Below are positions 1 to 9,532 of a stretch of 64,000 bases of DNA, piece after piece. The position numbers were made by a program, and so were the translations under genes. How positions within the stretch are numbered: position 1 is the stretch's first letter; each line of letters opens with the position of its first letter. The notes beneath the pieces are model-generated. The model was given only the letters and a program-made list of their open reading frames with translations, ran no database searches and was not told where the DNA came from. This DNA comes from Nitrosopumilus sp. (GTDB lineage Archaea; Thermoproteota; Nitrososphaeria; Nitrososphaerales; Nitrosopumilaceae): contig OZ252243.1 in NCBI GenBank assembly GCA_965249555.1, positions 1,504,001 to 1,568,000 of the forward strand, read 5' to 3'.

Positions 1-3000
1 CTAGCCTGAATATATTATCAATTGCTGCAAGGGATGGAGCAGTAGAGCAACAGCTAACCAAGGACAAATCAGCGTTGTCTTCTTCAATTAATGTCGCATT
101 TATCTTTGCTAATCCAGATGATATGGACGGACCAGAGATAAAATTAATGCCATTACTATAAAGATCTTCAGCTTCAGCTAAAATCACATCAGGATTTTTT
201 TGGGAATCCCTAACGTCTATGGATAGGCGCCAGTCGGCATTGTTTTCTATCAAATATCCATTAAAGTTCGATACTGCTACAAAGGTAGCATATTTCCTGT
301 GGTCCCCTGCATCATCCTGCCTGCCAGTTTCTGGAACTATGGCACCAATGCCAAATACGGTTTTATCAGTTCTCACCCAGCCGTCGGCATCAGATATGCT
401 AGTTGTATGATAAGCGTTAGGTGCATCCAAATCCCCTACAGCATTTAGGGCGTATTGCTTCCCTAATGCACCATCATAAAAAGTGCTAGTATCATCCAAG
501 TCACTTTGTATTGATGTGACATCATCGTCGTGTTCAGTTACCAGGTCGCCAAAAAGTTTCACACTATCATGTACAGAGTTGTGGTATGAATGGTACCTTA
601 TCCCAAAGGGCTGTAATGCGTCTTGCAGTTCCAGTGCAAGAATGTTTGGCTCTATGCCAAATATTACAGAAGTAAAGCTTACCTTCCTAGCAAATTCTAA
701 TGCCTTACTATTCTCCAATATGGTAGGGTCATATCCAATTACTCCAGGTGTATACCATTTTAGATTACCTAAGACACTATCAGCTTCAATATTATCAGCC
801 AAACTAATAAAATGAGAGCTTGCTCCAATAAGCAATACTGCTATTTCAGCATCAGTAGAAGGATCTGCTCCAGTAGTTAGTGTAGTGTAGAATCCTTCCA
901 TACTTGCCACAGCTGCTGAATAATCTTGACCTGTTACTGATAATGGCTGCGCGTTAGTATGTTCAGCAAATAATTCACGATAACCTTCACCCCATTCATT
1001 GTCCAGATAGAAAATTAAAAGTTCAGTCTTTCCATCAGATTCCAAAAGATCTTCCAACACTTGTTTTTCATTTGATATGTCTGGCACCAGCCTGTATATG
1101 CTATCTTTTTCGGCAAGGGATGTGGCAGCAGAGGTGGGAGAGATCAAGATGGCATCGTTACCATCAAAGAATGGCTGTGCTTGTGTAACGGGGGTGCTAA
1201 AAGTTAGTCCTGAAAAATATTTTATCTTTTCATCAATAACGTATTGAGAGGCAAAAACGAAACCGTCATGGAGTACAAACCATGCACGTCTTGTCTGCTC
1301 AAATCCAGTGTAAGGGTCATCAATGGTGTAACTTACCCAGGTACCACCAGTCTGTAAATCAGACAAAATATCTGCAGGGGTCCTGTCAGGTACACCTACA
1401 GATACGGCACTCTTACTAACTAAAGAAGGATATTTGGCATTTGCAACTATCTGATAAGTAGTACCATCAATCACAAATGGGTAAAAGAAATCCTCAGCAG
1501 GATCAAATGATTTATTAATTTCATCAAACTTTTTATCCGTAGAACTAGCATCATATGTGTCAATTGCTTTATTGACTATCGCCTCTAAGATGGGCTGGTG
1601 ACCTGCATCCCCAATAGGTGGGTTGTACCCTGCACCGATAATATGTCCAGAAGGCTCGTGTAATACAAGCAAAGAGCGCTTGATGCCATCACTGCCAGTT
1701 ACAGTATTAGCAAAAGTATACTGCCACCACAACTCTGGAGCACCACTATCAAGTATATCATATGCAGAAGCAAAGTCCCTGTCAGAATTACCTACCAAGT
1801 CATTAGCATTTTGGCCAACTAGATCAGCACTAGTACCATGAGCTATAATCTTACCAGTTTTATCTATAACAAATGGATAAGGGTCTGTAGTATAACCCTC
1901 TATTGAAAATGTTCCAGCAAGAGCATCATAATTGGCTGTGGCTGCATCTATAGTATCCTTTAATGAAGAATAGTAAAAGTCATCGTACGTGCCATCGTAT
2001 AGTGCATTTAATGCAGGTAGTGCACCATTACCAGTGTTTATAGTGTGCAGTTGTATGTCAACATCATCAAAGTTTTGGGCAGCTAGTGCCATAGTTACTG
2101 CAAAGTCATCCTCATAAAAGAAATGATTGTCCAAATCAAGCAATACGCCCACATCAATTATAGTCGAATCATCCACGTACGTCAAAATAAATGTACCATC
2201 AGGAAAATATGTGCCAAGTCGTTCCCATACGCTGTCTTCTATGCCAAATATTCCAAAGTTAGCCTCTTCTAGGTCTCCAAACTCATCTAGTGTGACATCA
2301 CCTAATGCGCCATTATCATTTTCATTTATTGCCTTCTCTAAATCCACTTCTCCATAAATATGACTTGCACCACCAGCTGTCTCTATTGCCAGTCCTATTG
2401 CCCATATGCTGTCATATGCAGAATACACATACTTTAATGGAATATCATCTGGAAATGCATTATCCAATGCTGTTTTTAATGATCTAAATCTTTCAGTGTC
2501 TGATTCAAACTCAAATGTGCATGACCTAAAGTTTGTATCAGATAGAAATTCTGCCATATCTGGGTCGTCTACAAGCTCTTGTTTTTGTGCATCGATATCA
2601 GAGCCTACCCATTGTACCAGCCTGAGTGCAGGATATTTCATAGCTTCTGCTATAAAGTCAGGCGAATGAAATCCGACATAGAGAACAAAAATTCTATCAG
2701 CACCATTTGATCTGATTTGTTCTAGTACTATATCATTTAGATCAGAGACAAGATCTGTAAACTGACCATCACATGTAGGATTGCCATCATCTAGATTAGC
2801 ACAATCTTTGTAGGATAATATGCCGTTACTAGTGTAAATTGCATCAGGATTAGTCTGTTCTTGATATATTGCAGTACCGCCTAGTCCCTCAAATGTCTTA
2901 ACTGTACTATTAGCTAGTCCGCGGCCAAAGGGATCATTGACATAAACAGGGATTGCAATTGTTTTGCCTGAATTATACACTAGATTTGCAATGACTGGCC

Positions 3001-3466
3001 CATGCTTTGAATCACTTGGAACCAAACGATAAATGCTATCAATTACAGCAAGTTCGGGCGCAGTAGAAGAATAGCTGACTAAAGACAATTCAATACTATT
3101 GGCATCAATGTATGTCTTTATAGCATCAACAGAATCGGAACGTGCGGGTCCGGAGATAAATTGTATGTCATTATCTATGAAGGATTTAACTTCTTCTAAT
3201 GATTTATCAGCATCAGAAGCCGTATCCCTAATTTCTAAAACAAGATGCCAGTCTGCACCTTTATCAGACAGATATGCGTTAAAGTCCTCAAGTGCCTTTT
3301 CTATTGCAAGTTTTGCATGCACGCCAATGGATTTAGATGCACCAGTCTCTGGAACCAGAGCCCCAATCTTTACCTCTGTGAGGGGTTCCTGTGCAACAGC
3401 TGGATGTATAAATGCCACACAAATTAGAGCCAAAACAGAAAATAGAAGAAATATGTTGTTATGCAA
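1..3466 (-). CDS. Giant secreted multi-domain protein: signal peptide, three LivK/type-I periplasmic-binding (Venus flytrap) domains and two Cache-like domains; partial, runs off left edge (>1150 aa)
   Basis: Manual translation from TTG at 3466: MHNNIFLLFSVLALICVAFIHPAVAQEPLTEVKIGALVPETG...FISGPARS...YSSTAPELAVIDSIYRLVPSD. The same frame at the window edge reads FISGPSISSGL...SCCSTAPSLAAIDNIFRL. No stop seen, which explains its absence from the ORF track. Confidence 0.85.
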   Translation of the reverse strand, partial: MHNNIFLLFSVLALICVAFIHPAVAQEPLTEVKIGALVPETGASKSIGVHAKLAIEKALEDFNAYLSDKGADWHLVLEIRDTASDADKSLEEVKSFIDNDIQFISGPARSDSVDAIKTYIDANSIELSLVSYSSTAPELAVIDSIYRLVPSDSKHGPVIANLVYNSGKTIAIPVYVNDPFGRGLANSTVKTFEGLGGTAIYQEQTNPDAIYTSNGILSYKDCANLDDGNPTCDGQFTDLVSDLNDIVLEQIRSNGADRIFVLYVGFHSPDFIAEAMKYPALRLVQWVGSDIDAQKQELVDDPDMAEFLSDTNFRSCTFEFESDTERFRSLKTALDNAFPDDIPLKYVYSAYDSIWAIGLAIETAGGASHIYGEVDLEKAINENDNGALGDVTLDEFGDLEEANFGIFGIEDSVWERLGTYFPDGTFILTYVDDSTIIDVGVLLDLDNHFFYEDDFAVTMALAAQNFDDVDIQLHTINTGNGALPALNALYDGTYDDFYYSSLKDTIDAATANYDALAGTFSIEGYTTDPYPFVIDKTGKIIAHGTSADLVGQNANDLVGNSDRDFASAYDILDSGAPELWWQYTFANTVTGSDGIKRSLLVLHEPSGHIIGAGYNPPIGDAGHQPILEAIVNKAIDTYDASSTDKKFDEINKSFDPAEDFFYPFVIDGTTYQIVANAKYPSLVSKSAVSVGVPDRTPADILSDLQTGGTWVSYTIDDPYTGFEQTRRAWFVLHDGFVFASQYVIDEKIKYFSGLTFSTPVTQAQPFFDGNDAILISPTSAATSLAEKDSIYRLVPDISNEKQVLEDLLESDGKTELLIFYLDNEWGEGYRELFAEHTNAQPLSVTGQDYSAAVASMEGFYTTLTTGADPSTDAEIAVLLIGASSHFISLADNIEADSVLGNLKWYTPGVIGYDPTILENSKALEFARKVSFTSVIFGIEPNILALELQDALQPFGIRYHSYHNSVHDSVKLFGDLVTEHDDDVTSIQSDLDDTSTFYDGALGKQYALNAVGDLDAPNAYHTTSISDADGWVRTDKTVFGIGAIVPETGRQDDAGDHRKYATFVAVSNFNGYLIENNADWRLSIDVRDSQKNPDVILAEAEDLYSNGINFISGPSISSGLAKINATLIEEDNADLSLVSCCSTAPSLAAIDNIFRL

Positions 3467-3759
3467 TTAAATTTTAACAATAATAATCTAATATAAAAAT
3501 TTGGGCGATCAGATAACCGATCACTCTATTATTATTATGGCATATTTCACAAAAATAATGGACGAAATTTATTATTTGCAAAAACAATCTCTGATGAATC
3601 ATTGTTAGTATAATTCCAAGAATCTGAAAAACATGGCTGCAAGAGTAAATATTGATGTGTCTGAGAGCAGATGGAATAACTTGTTTGCTTGTGATAAAAC
3701 ATGCGCTAGATGCATACTAGTTTTGCAATCTATCGTGTTTTCAGTTTTTTATAGTTTCT

Positions 3760-4191
3760 CTACATCAGCCCAACAACAAAAAATGGTGCAGACCAAGAGA
3801 AGCTAATAATGACGCCAATAATCATGATCAATTGTGTTTCAAGATCGTTTGGGATATCGTGGCCGTTTGTAAAAACCCCATAAAACGTTGACAGTAAGCT
3901 ATGTATGCCAAAAAAGAGACAAGTCATGCTGAGAATAAAATAAGTGTTTTTCTTGTGTGCAGGATACCTTTTTCTTATTACTAGCACTAGTCCTGCAATG
4001 ATTCCTATAACTGTAAGTGTAATCTGAAAAATCACAGTACGCAAGTTCCAGTCAATATCGCATGTGTCTGTTTGCTCGTTGTACGCATGTGTTAATTGGC
4101 AATCCAATGAAAATCTAGATTCAGCACTGAAACTATCTTGAGGGATAGGCATCATCAAGGCAATTAGGAGGAAAAAGTAAAAAGTTCTCAT
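3760..4191 (-). CDS. Hypothetical membrane protein (signal peptide, small Cys-paired segment, about 3 TM helices), possibly C-terminally truncated
   Basis: ORF track; hydrophobic stretches; ends within a hydrophobic segment. Confidence 0.55.
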   Translation of the reverse strand: MRTFYFFLLIALMMPIPQDSFSAESRFSLDCQLTHAYNEQTDTCDIDWNLRTVIFQITLTVIGIIAGLVLVIRKRYPAHKKNTYFILSMTCLFFGIHSLLSTFYGVFTNGHDIPNDLETQLIMIIGVIISFSWSAPFFVVGLM

Positions 4192-4199
4192 TAGTCAGT

Positions 4200-4794
4200 T
4201 ACCGAAATGGCACCCCCATTTTCCATAGTCCCACATTGATTGGGGTTTGTGATTTTAACAAGATATCTTTTAACACTGAAACATAATGTTTGTGTTGAAA
4301 TTCATCTTCTTCTTTAGTAGTTAATGCATTATCGCGATAGTAATCAATTCCTGAATCTTCAGAATTATCTTTTGTCAAGTATGAATCTGTTACCTATCTG
4401 CAATAATACTATTTTCTTCAAACAAATCCAGAATCTTTTTGTTTTAAACTCTTGATAATTTACTTCTAAATGGGGTCGATATAGTGTGCAAAAAGGTTGA
4501 CTACCAGTCAGTCCACACACCCTCATAGGGTTTCATGATTTTGGTTCAACACCTCATCCTATCCATTTAGATGGCATCTTGCATCATCGATGGCATCTTC
4601 TTACCAAGTACTTACCATCTTCTTGCATCAGACAATGATTCATTTACCAAAACCCTATCAAACTTTTTGATTAGTAAAACATTCTTTTCACTTAGGTCTT
4701 TTTGCATTAATGCAAATGTTCTAAAAATAATTCTGTCATAATTGTATAATTTGATCGAGCCTTTTTCTGATCTCGAAATTTGCTGTTTTGACAT
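4200..4794 (-). pseudogene. Degraded tyrosine recombinase/integrase remnant downstream of tRNA-Glu
   Basis: N-terminal fragment LYNYDRIIFRTFALMQKDLSEKNVLLIKKFDRVLVNESLSDARR resembles thaumarchaeal integrase N-termini; stops and frameshifts follow; a downstream fragment KKNSIIADR recalls box II; lies 45 bp from the tRNA 3' end. Confidence 0.5.
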
Positions 4795-4838
4795 TCTGTA
4801 TATAAAAGAACATGCAGGATATTAAACCAGATGTGTAA

Positions 4839-4913
4839 TGCTCCCATCGGGATTTGAACCCGAGTCTTTGGCTTGAGAAGCCAAAATGCTTAACCGGACT
4901 ACACTATAGGAGC
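4839..4913 (-). tRNA. tRNA-Glu(CTC)
   Basis: Revcomp GCTCCTATAGTGTAGTCCGGTTAAGCATTTTGGCTTCTCAAGCCAAAGACTCGGGTTCAAATCCCGATGGGAGCA; cloverleaf; anticodon CTC. Confidence 0.95.
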
Positions 4914-5017
4914 CTGATGAAAAACAATCTCAATCTCAATTTAAAGGAAATGCTTGAATGAATTTGTAAAATTTTGTGAGTTGCGTCCTTTATAGAAAAA
5001 TCAAATATACCAATTAC

Positions 5018-5902
5018 ATGGATATTGAAAAATTCATAGCAGAAAATGAATTATCTAACTTTCCAGTTGGTTTGGGTGGATGTAGAATTTCTGATTCTCA
5101 TTTTGATTCATGTTCATATGATGTTATTGTGTTTGATGAAAAATCAGAACCAAAAAAAATCATCAAGTCGGGAAACGAATTTGTAACTATTTATCATGCA
5201 TCCTTATCTGAAACTACCTCACAAAAACTTCTTCAATATGACAATTTACAGATAATTCAAGATGAATCATGGGATTTACGGATGTTATTATCTAAAATTA
5301 ACAAAAAACATTCTTTACTCTTTTCTGATTTTGCAAAAAATTCTTTGATTGAATCCATGTTTTATTGTCAAAAAACTAAAGAAGCAATTCAAAACTCTGA
5401 TGTTTTTGCTCCATGTTGGCAAAAATGTGCATCTTACTATTTAGCTGATGCAATATCCTCACTAAACCATCAAAGATCAAGTCCCTCTCATATGCTAGAC
5501 CTACTTCGAAAATTAGAAAAAAGTTCAATCAATGAGCATATCTCAGTTGCCACTCAAACCATTGGAATTGAAAGGGCTACTCCAACTTTGCTTGAACGTA
5601 TGCTAAAATCAACTATTGGATTCTCTGATTTGGTTGAAAAAAATAATCACTCTCAAATTATTCAGCAAAAACATGATTTCTTTGTAGATAATTCAATGCT
5701 TTCTGATTGCTATTTCTATTTTGGATATATCAACAAAGAGAATTTCATCAAAATCAAGAATACTTTGAGCAGAGAGCAAGACCTTATCCATATTCTAAAG
5801 ATTGCCTTTGATATTGAATCTGATTCTAATTTATTATTGCAACAAGCTGAACTTGTCCAGAAATCCTGTAATGACATACTTGAGATTGTATCTAAAGCCT
5901 AA
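5018..5902 (+). CDS. Conserved hypothetical protein, possible nucleotidyltransferase-like N-terminus
   Basis: GLGGCR...SYDVIVFD resembles the hG[GS]...DxD NTase motif; ATG at 5018 preferred to the GTG at 4976. Confidence 0.6.
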   Translation: MDIEKFIAENELSNFPVGLGGCRISDSHFDSCSYDVIVFDEKSEPKKIIKSGNEFVTIYHASLSETTSQKLLQYDNLQIIQDESWDLRMLLSKINKKHSLLFSDFAKNSLIESMFYCQKTKEAIQNSDVFAPCWQKCASYYLADAISSLNHQRSSPSHMLDLLRKLEKSSINEHISVATQTIGIERATPTLLERMLKSTIGFSDLVEKNNHSQIIQQKHDFFVDNSMLSDCYFYFGYINKENFIKIKNTLSREQDLIHILKIAFDIESDSNLLLQQAELVQKSCNDILEIVSKA

Positions 5903-5955
5903 TTTTCTAGCCCTTTGTACCAACCTTTTAAAACAAGTAGGATTACTGGTTTGTC

Positions 5956-6102
5956 ATGGTAGATCAAGCATGTGGATGCGAAGCAGATAGCGGCGATCCT
6001 GATTATGCATGTGATTGTGCAATGCAAGGTCATTGTATATGCAGTGCAGATTGTCAATGTAAAACCGACGTTTGTAAAGAAGCTGTCGGACAAATGTCCT
6101 AA
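5956..6102 (+). CDS. 48-aa Cys-rich metallothionein-like peptide (not in ORF track)
   Basis: MVDQACGCEADSGDPDYACDCAMQGHCICSADCQCKTDVCKEAVGQMS: 9 Cys with four CxC motifs; upstream TTTTAAAA box; downstream T-tract. Confidence 0.7.
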   Translation: MVDQACGCEADSGDPDYACDCAMQGHCICSADCQCKTDVCKEAVGQMS

Positions 6103-6139
6103 AATAGCTAATTACAATCTTATTTTTTATTTTTTAAAA

Positions 6140-6307
6140 TTATTCGTCTTCTTCCTCAAAGCCCCATGATTTTACTAATTCTTTTTGGAACTTGTCTGCT
6201 TGCTTTTCATCTAATGAAAATCCACAATTCTTGTGTGTTGGAACTACAGTCATTCCATCCATTTTGAACTCTACTTCAAACAAGTGTACTTTTGAGCATT
6301 CACACAT
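6140..6307 (-). CDS. 55-aa small protein with CxC...HxxC (not in ORF track)
   Basis: MCECSKVHLFEVEFKMDGMTVVPTHKNCGFSLDEKQADKFQKELVKSWGFEEEDE; normal codon usage; upstream TATA-like box. Confidence 0.7.
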   Translation of the reverse strand: MCECSKVHLFEVEFKMDGMTVVPTHKNCGFSLDEKQADKFQKELVKSWGFEEEDE

Positions 6308-6424
6308 TTCTGAATCCCTGTAAATTTTACTCTATATTTGCTTATTTGAATTACCTGTTGATGAGTATTCTTATTTTATACAAACCTGAATAACGTTTAA
6401 CTAGGATATTCCACAATTATTGTT

Positions 6425-7903
6425 GTGAATCAATTTATTATTGCATTTATGTTCTTGGCTATTCTTTCCAGTTTTGGGTTTTCAAATCTTTCTTATGGTC
6501 AAGGTGCCGGTACAGCAGGTGGTGTTGATGTTGAAGGTTCATGGTATTTAGGTGAGGGTCTAAAAGCTGGAGATTATTTTGAGTATTCTTTGTGTCAAAT
6601 AGATCTTAATGATTGTGCACCTATTAAATTGAAAATGTGGATCAAGGGAACAATACCATATGAATCTGAAACATTGTGGGATGCAAAAGTTGCAATCTTT
6701 GATGGCAATAAGATCATCGTAGGTTCAATGGGTCTTGGGGCAATTTCTCCTGAACCTATAACATATGATAATGATCTTTTTCATTATCATATAGCATTCA
6801 AATCTTCTTTGGCTTGGTTAGGTGCTTTTGCTACTGAAATTGAAGGTGATAGAATTCTTGGTCCCAAAGAATTCAAATCTCCAGCATGGGGAAAGATAGC
6901 CGCAATTGGTGGTGCTCAATTAATTCCAGTCCGAGTAGAAACAATATCTGTTCCTGCGGGAACTTTTGATACGGTTGTTGTTGGTTGGAAGAGTGGTAAT
7001 TGGAATTACGTTTGGATAGTAGATGATTTTCCTTTTCCTGTTAAAGCATTAACTTATGTTTGGGTTACAACAGGTATTCCTCCAATTATGCATCAATACA
7101 CTTTGTTAGATTACAAAGAAAATGTAACAGTTGATCCTTTCAAAGATCTTGTAGAGACGATCTCACAAGAAGAGTTGTTGGGATGCGATACAGAATTTTC
7201 TAATCATGTTGGCAAACATGTTAATACAAACACCAACACTATCCTGATTCAATATAATTATGCTCCAGAATTTCCTATGGAAGGTTGTCCTATTGACTGG
7301 AGAATTAACTTTATGAAGCCATACAATGATGTTGAATTTATTGATCAAGTTCATTATGACATTTGGGTTGTAGATGAGAGTGGTAACATACTGCGCTCAT
7401 ATGCTGAAGACCGTGGACGAAATGACTTGTTTACTGGATTCGGTCAGGTTCATCTTGTTCTTCCAGTAGAAGAAAATGCAGGACTTGTTCGCTATGTCAT
7501 ATTTGTTCATGGTACAGGACCTGAATATCAAGTGCCAGATGCAAAACTTGGTGGATCTACTATTGTAGAAATTCAAATCGATGATAACCCTCTCTTTGAA
7601 TCATCTACACCCAAAGTACAACAACCTATTGAAATCCCCTCATGGATTAAATTCACTACAGGTGTTTGGGTGGATGGAAACTCTTCGGATGCTGAATTTA
7701 TTAACGCAATCAAGTTCCTTATTGAAGATAAAATTATTGTAATTCCGCCAACCGTACAAGGTTTTGATGGGGACTCTTCTGAAATCCCCTCATGGATTAA
7801 ATTCACTACAGGTGTTTGGGTGGATGGAAACTCTTCGGATGCTGAATTTATCAGTGCAATTCAGTTCCTGATTACAGAAGGAATAATGAGCGTCTCTTCC
7901 TGA
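6425..7903 (+). CDS. Secreted thaumarchaeal surface protein with duplicated C-terminal IPSWIK...W module
   Basis: Signal peptide; two copies of EIPSWIKFTTGVWVDGNSSDAEFIxAIxFLI. Confidence 0.8.
   Translation: MNQFIIAFMFLAILSSFGFSNLSYGQGAGTAGGVDVEGSWYLGEGLKAGDYFEYSLCQIDLNDCAPIKLKMWIKGTIPYESETLWDAKVAIFDGNKIIVGSMGLGAISPEPITYDNDLFHYHIAFKSSLAWLGAFATEIEGDRILGPKEFKSPAWGKIAAIGGAQLIPVRVETISVPAGTFDTVVVGWKSGNWNYVWIVDDFPFPVKALTYVWVTTGIPPIMHQYTLLDYKENVTVDPFKDLVETISQEELLGCDTEFSNHVGKHVNTNTNTILIQYNYAPEFPMEGCPIDWRINFMKPYNDVEFIDQVHYDIWVVDESGNILRSYAEDRGRNDLFTGFGQVHLVLPVEENAGLVRYVIFVHGTGPEYQVPDAKLGGSTIVEIQIDDNPLFESSTPKVQQPIEIPSWIKFTTGVWVDGNSSDAEFINAIKFLIEDKIIVIPPTVQGFDGDSSEIPSWIKFTTGVWVDGNSSDAEFISAIQFLITEGIMSVSS
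7630..7851 (+). repeat. 72-bp exact direct repeat (7630-7701 and 7780-7851) within CDS
   Basis: TGAAATCCCCTCATGGATTAAATTC...GCTGAATTTAT identical twice, 150 bp apart. Confidence 0.9.
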
Positions 7904-7954
7904 TATTCTCTACATTCAAATTGATAAAATCTTTCAAAAAATAACGAAGCAATA

Positions 7955-8314
7955 ATGGTAAGCCTTTTTAGATATCCTAAACGCCGTCTGAAAAAATTAA
8001 TCAGAGAAGGTGAATATGTAGAAGCTATTGAATTTGGAAATAGTTTGGAATCTAAACACTCTGTTGATCCTGATTTTATGTCCATCATGGGAGGACTATA
8101 CGTAATTTTAGAAGATTCAGAAAAAGCACTTCCATATTTTGAAAAAGCAGTTCAATTAGACAACAATGATGCTGAAATACTTAAACTCAAAACTAATGTT
8201 CATTTGGATCTGCAACAAAAAGATGAGGCAATAGTTTGTTGTAAGCGAATTATAGAATTAGAGCCAAAAAACTATCAGGCCAAAGAATTACTTGAAGAAC
8301 TTGAAAATATCTAA
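7955..8314 (+). CDS. Tetratricopeptide-repeat protein
   Basis: TPR pattern (ALPYFEKAVQLDNNDAE; AIVCCKRIIELEPKNYQA). Confidence 0.8.
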   Translation: MVSLFRYPKRRLKKLIREGEYVEAIEFGNSLESKHSVDPDFMSIMGGLYVILEDSEKALPYFEKAVQLDNNDAEILKLKTNVHLDLQQKDEAIVCCKRIIELEPKNYQAKELLEELENI

Positions 8315-8323
8315 TTACTAAAA

Positions 8324-8815
8324 CTATTCATTTTTTTTCATCAGGTATACGTTTTCCATTAACCAATCACAAAATGCTGTTACATTTTCATTAAATTCTG
8401 TCCATATGTGTAATGAATGAGGTAAGATGTCAATCTTCCAATTATCTGTAAAGACTCTAACTCCTTCTTTATCTTCATACATGTATGCATCTTCAGTTTG
8501 TATGTCTCCAAGCGTCTCTTTTGCCTTTTGCTTGATTAGTTCCCTATCTATGGGGAATCTCTTTTTGTCATAATCAATAATCAGACTCAAATCTCTTTTC
8601 CCATACATGTCAAATTCATCAATCCTTCCTTCCTTTGGAAAGTTTACTATTAGTTTGATATTGTATTTTTTGCCAACTTCTTTTCCAATCTCTACAATTC
8701 TAGCATATCCCATTCCTTGATTCTTCTTTAGAAGGAATCTGATTTGTGCCAAGTCTCTTTTTAGTTGTGCCTGAAGATCAGATGTCAATTCAGAAAATAT
8801 CATCATTGTATCCAA
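8324..8815 (-). CDS. Hypothetical protein
   Basis: 163-aa ORF, host-like codon usage. Confidence 0.65.
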   Translation of the reverse strand: MDTMMIFSELTSDLQAQLKRDLAQIRFLLKKNQGMGYARIVEIGKEVGKKYNIKLIVNFPKEGRIDEFDMYGKRDLSLIIDYDKKRFPIDRELIKQKAKETLGDIQTEDAYMYEDKEGVRVFTDNWKIDILPHSLHIWTEFNENVTAFCDWLMENVYLMKKNE

Positions 8816-8886
8816 TGGAAATTCCTTTTATAATCATTAATTTCATGTCAGGGTTGGTTTTTTTAGAACTTCGTTTAAGATAGAGT

Positions 8887-9531
8887 ATGGCAATGCCCAT
8901 GGACTATGACGGTATGAGAACTGATGATGCATCAGAGAGAACTGATAATGTTGATGAATACAGACGAACTTGCATTGATTTTATCGAAGATATTTCTCAC
9001 AACTACGAGGAATGGGTTGATTATTACAAATTACCTGAGGATGAAGACAAACGAAGACGTGCAGGAATTCATGCAACCATTACAAGAACAAATGAATGGA
9101 TTGCAAAGGTTGCTCAATCTATCAAAGCAGTTGACGTTGTTATGAATGATGGAATCCAGAAGATGGCAGAATCAACTGCTGGCAAACCCCTTGAGATTGG
9201 AGTTTTTATAAATCACAAATCAAGTTATACTGAAACAAAACCTGGAATCATTGATGTTGTTGTTAAAGCAAGTGGACGAAAGGGAAGAAAAGCAAAACTT
9301 GGATTTCATTTTAAGCATGACAGATTTAGAATAGAATCAACATGTGGCGCATATTTTGATGAAGATAATTTACCAACTGACGAATTCGAAATGTTAGATA
9401 TACATCTAAAACTTCATGCAGAAAATGCCAAACAACGTGATGTTATCTCATTTACTGTAACTGTTAGTGAATTTGAGAATGATGTTGAATTTGACAGAAG
9501 AGGGCATACGACAATAGTTCATCTGGTGTGA
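8887..9531 (+). CDS. Hypothetical protein
   Basis: 214-aa ORF, host-like codon usage, beta-rich C-terminal half. Confidence 0.7.
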   Translation: MAMPMDYDGMRTDDASERTDNVDEYRRTCIDFIEDISHNYEEWVDYYKLPEDEDKRRRAGIHATITRTNEWIAKVAQSIKAVDVVMNDGIQKMAESTAGKPLEIGVFINHKSSYTETKPGIIDVVVKASGRKGRKAKLGFHFKHDRFRIESTCGAYFDEDNLPTDEFEMLDIHLKLHAENAKQRDVISFTVTVSEFENDVEFDRRGHTTIVHLV

Positions 9532-9532
9532 C

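Noticed and set aside
219-3470. Plus-strand ORFs listed in the track
   Set aside because: Antisense shadows of the long minus-strand PBP/Cache gene
5802-6169. Three 62-65-aa ORFs in the track
   Set aside because: Alternative frames overlapping the more convincing Cys-rich peptide at 5956-6102
7630-7851. Repeat pair as a DGR template/variable repeat
   Set aside because: Copies are identical with no adenine-specific differences; no reverse transcriptase nearby
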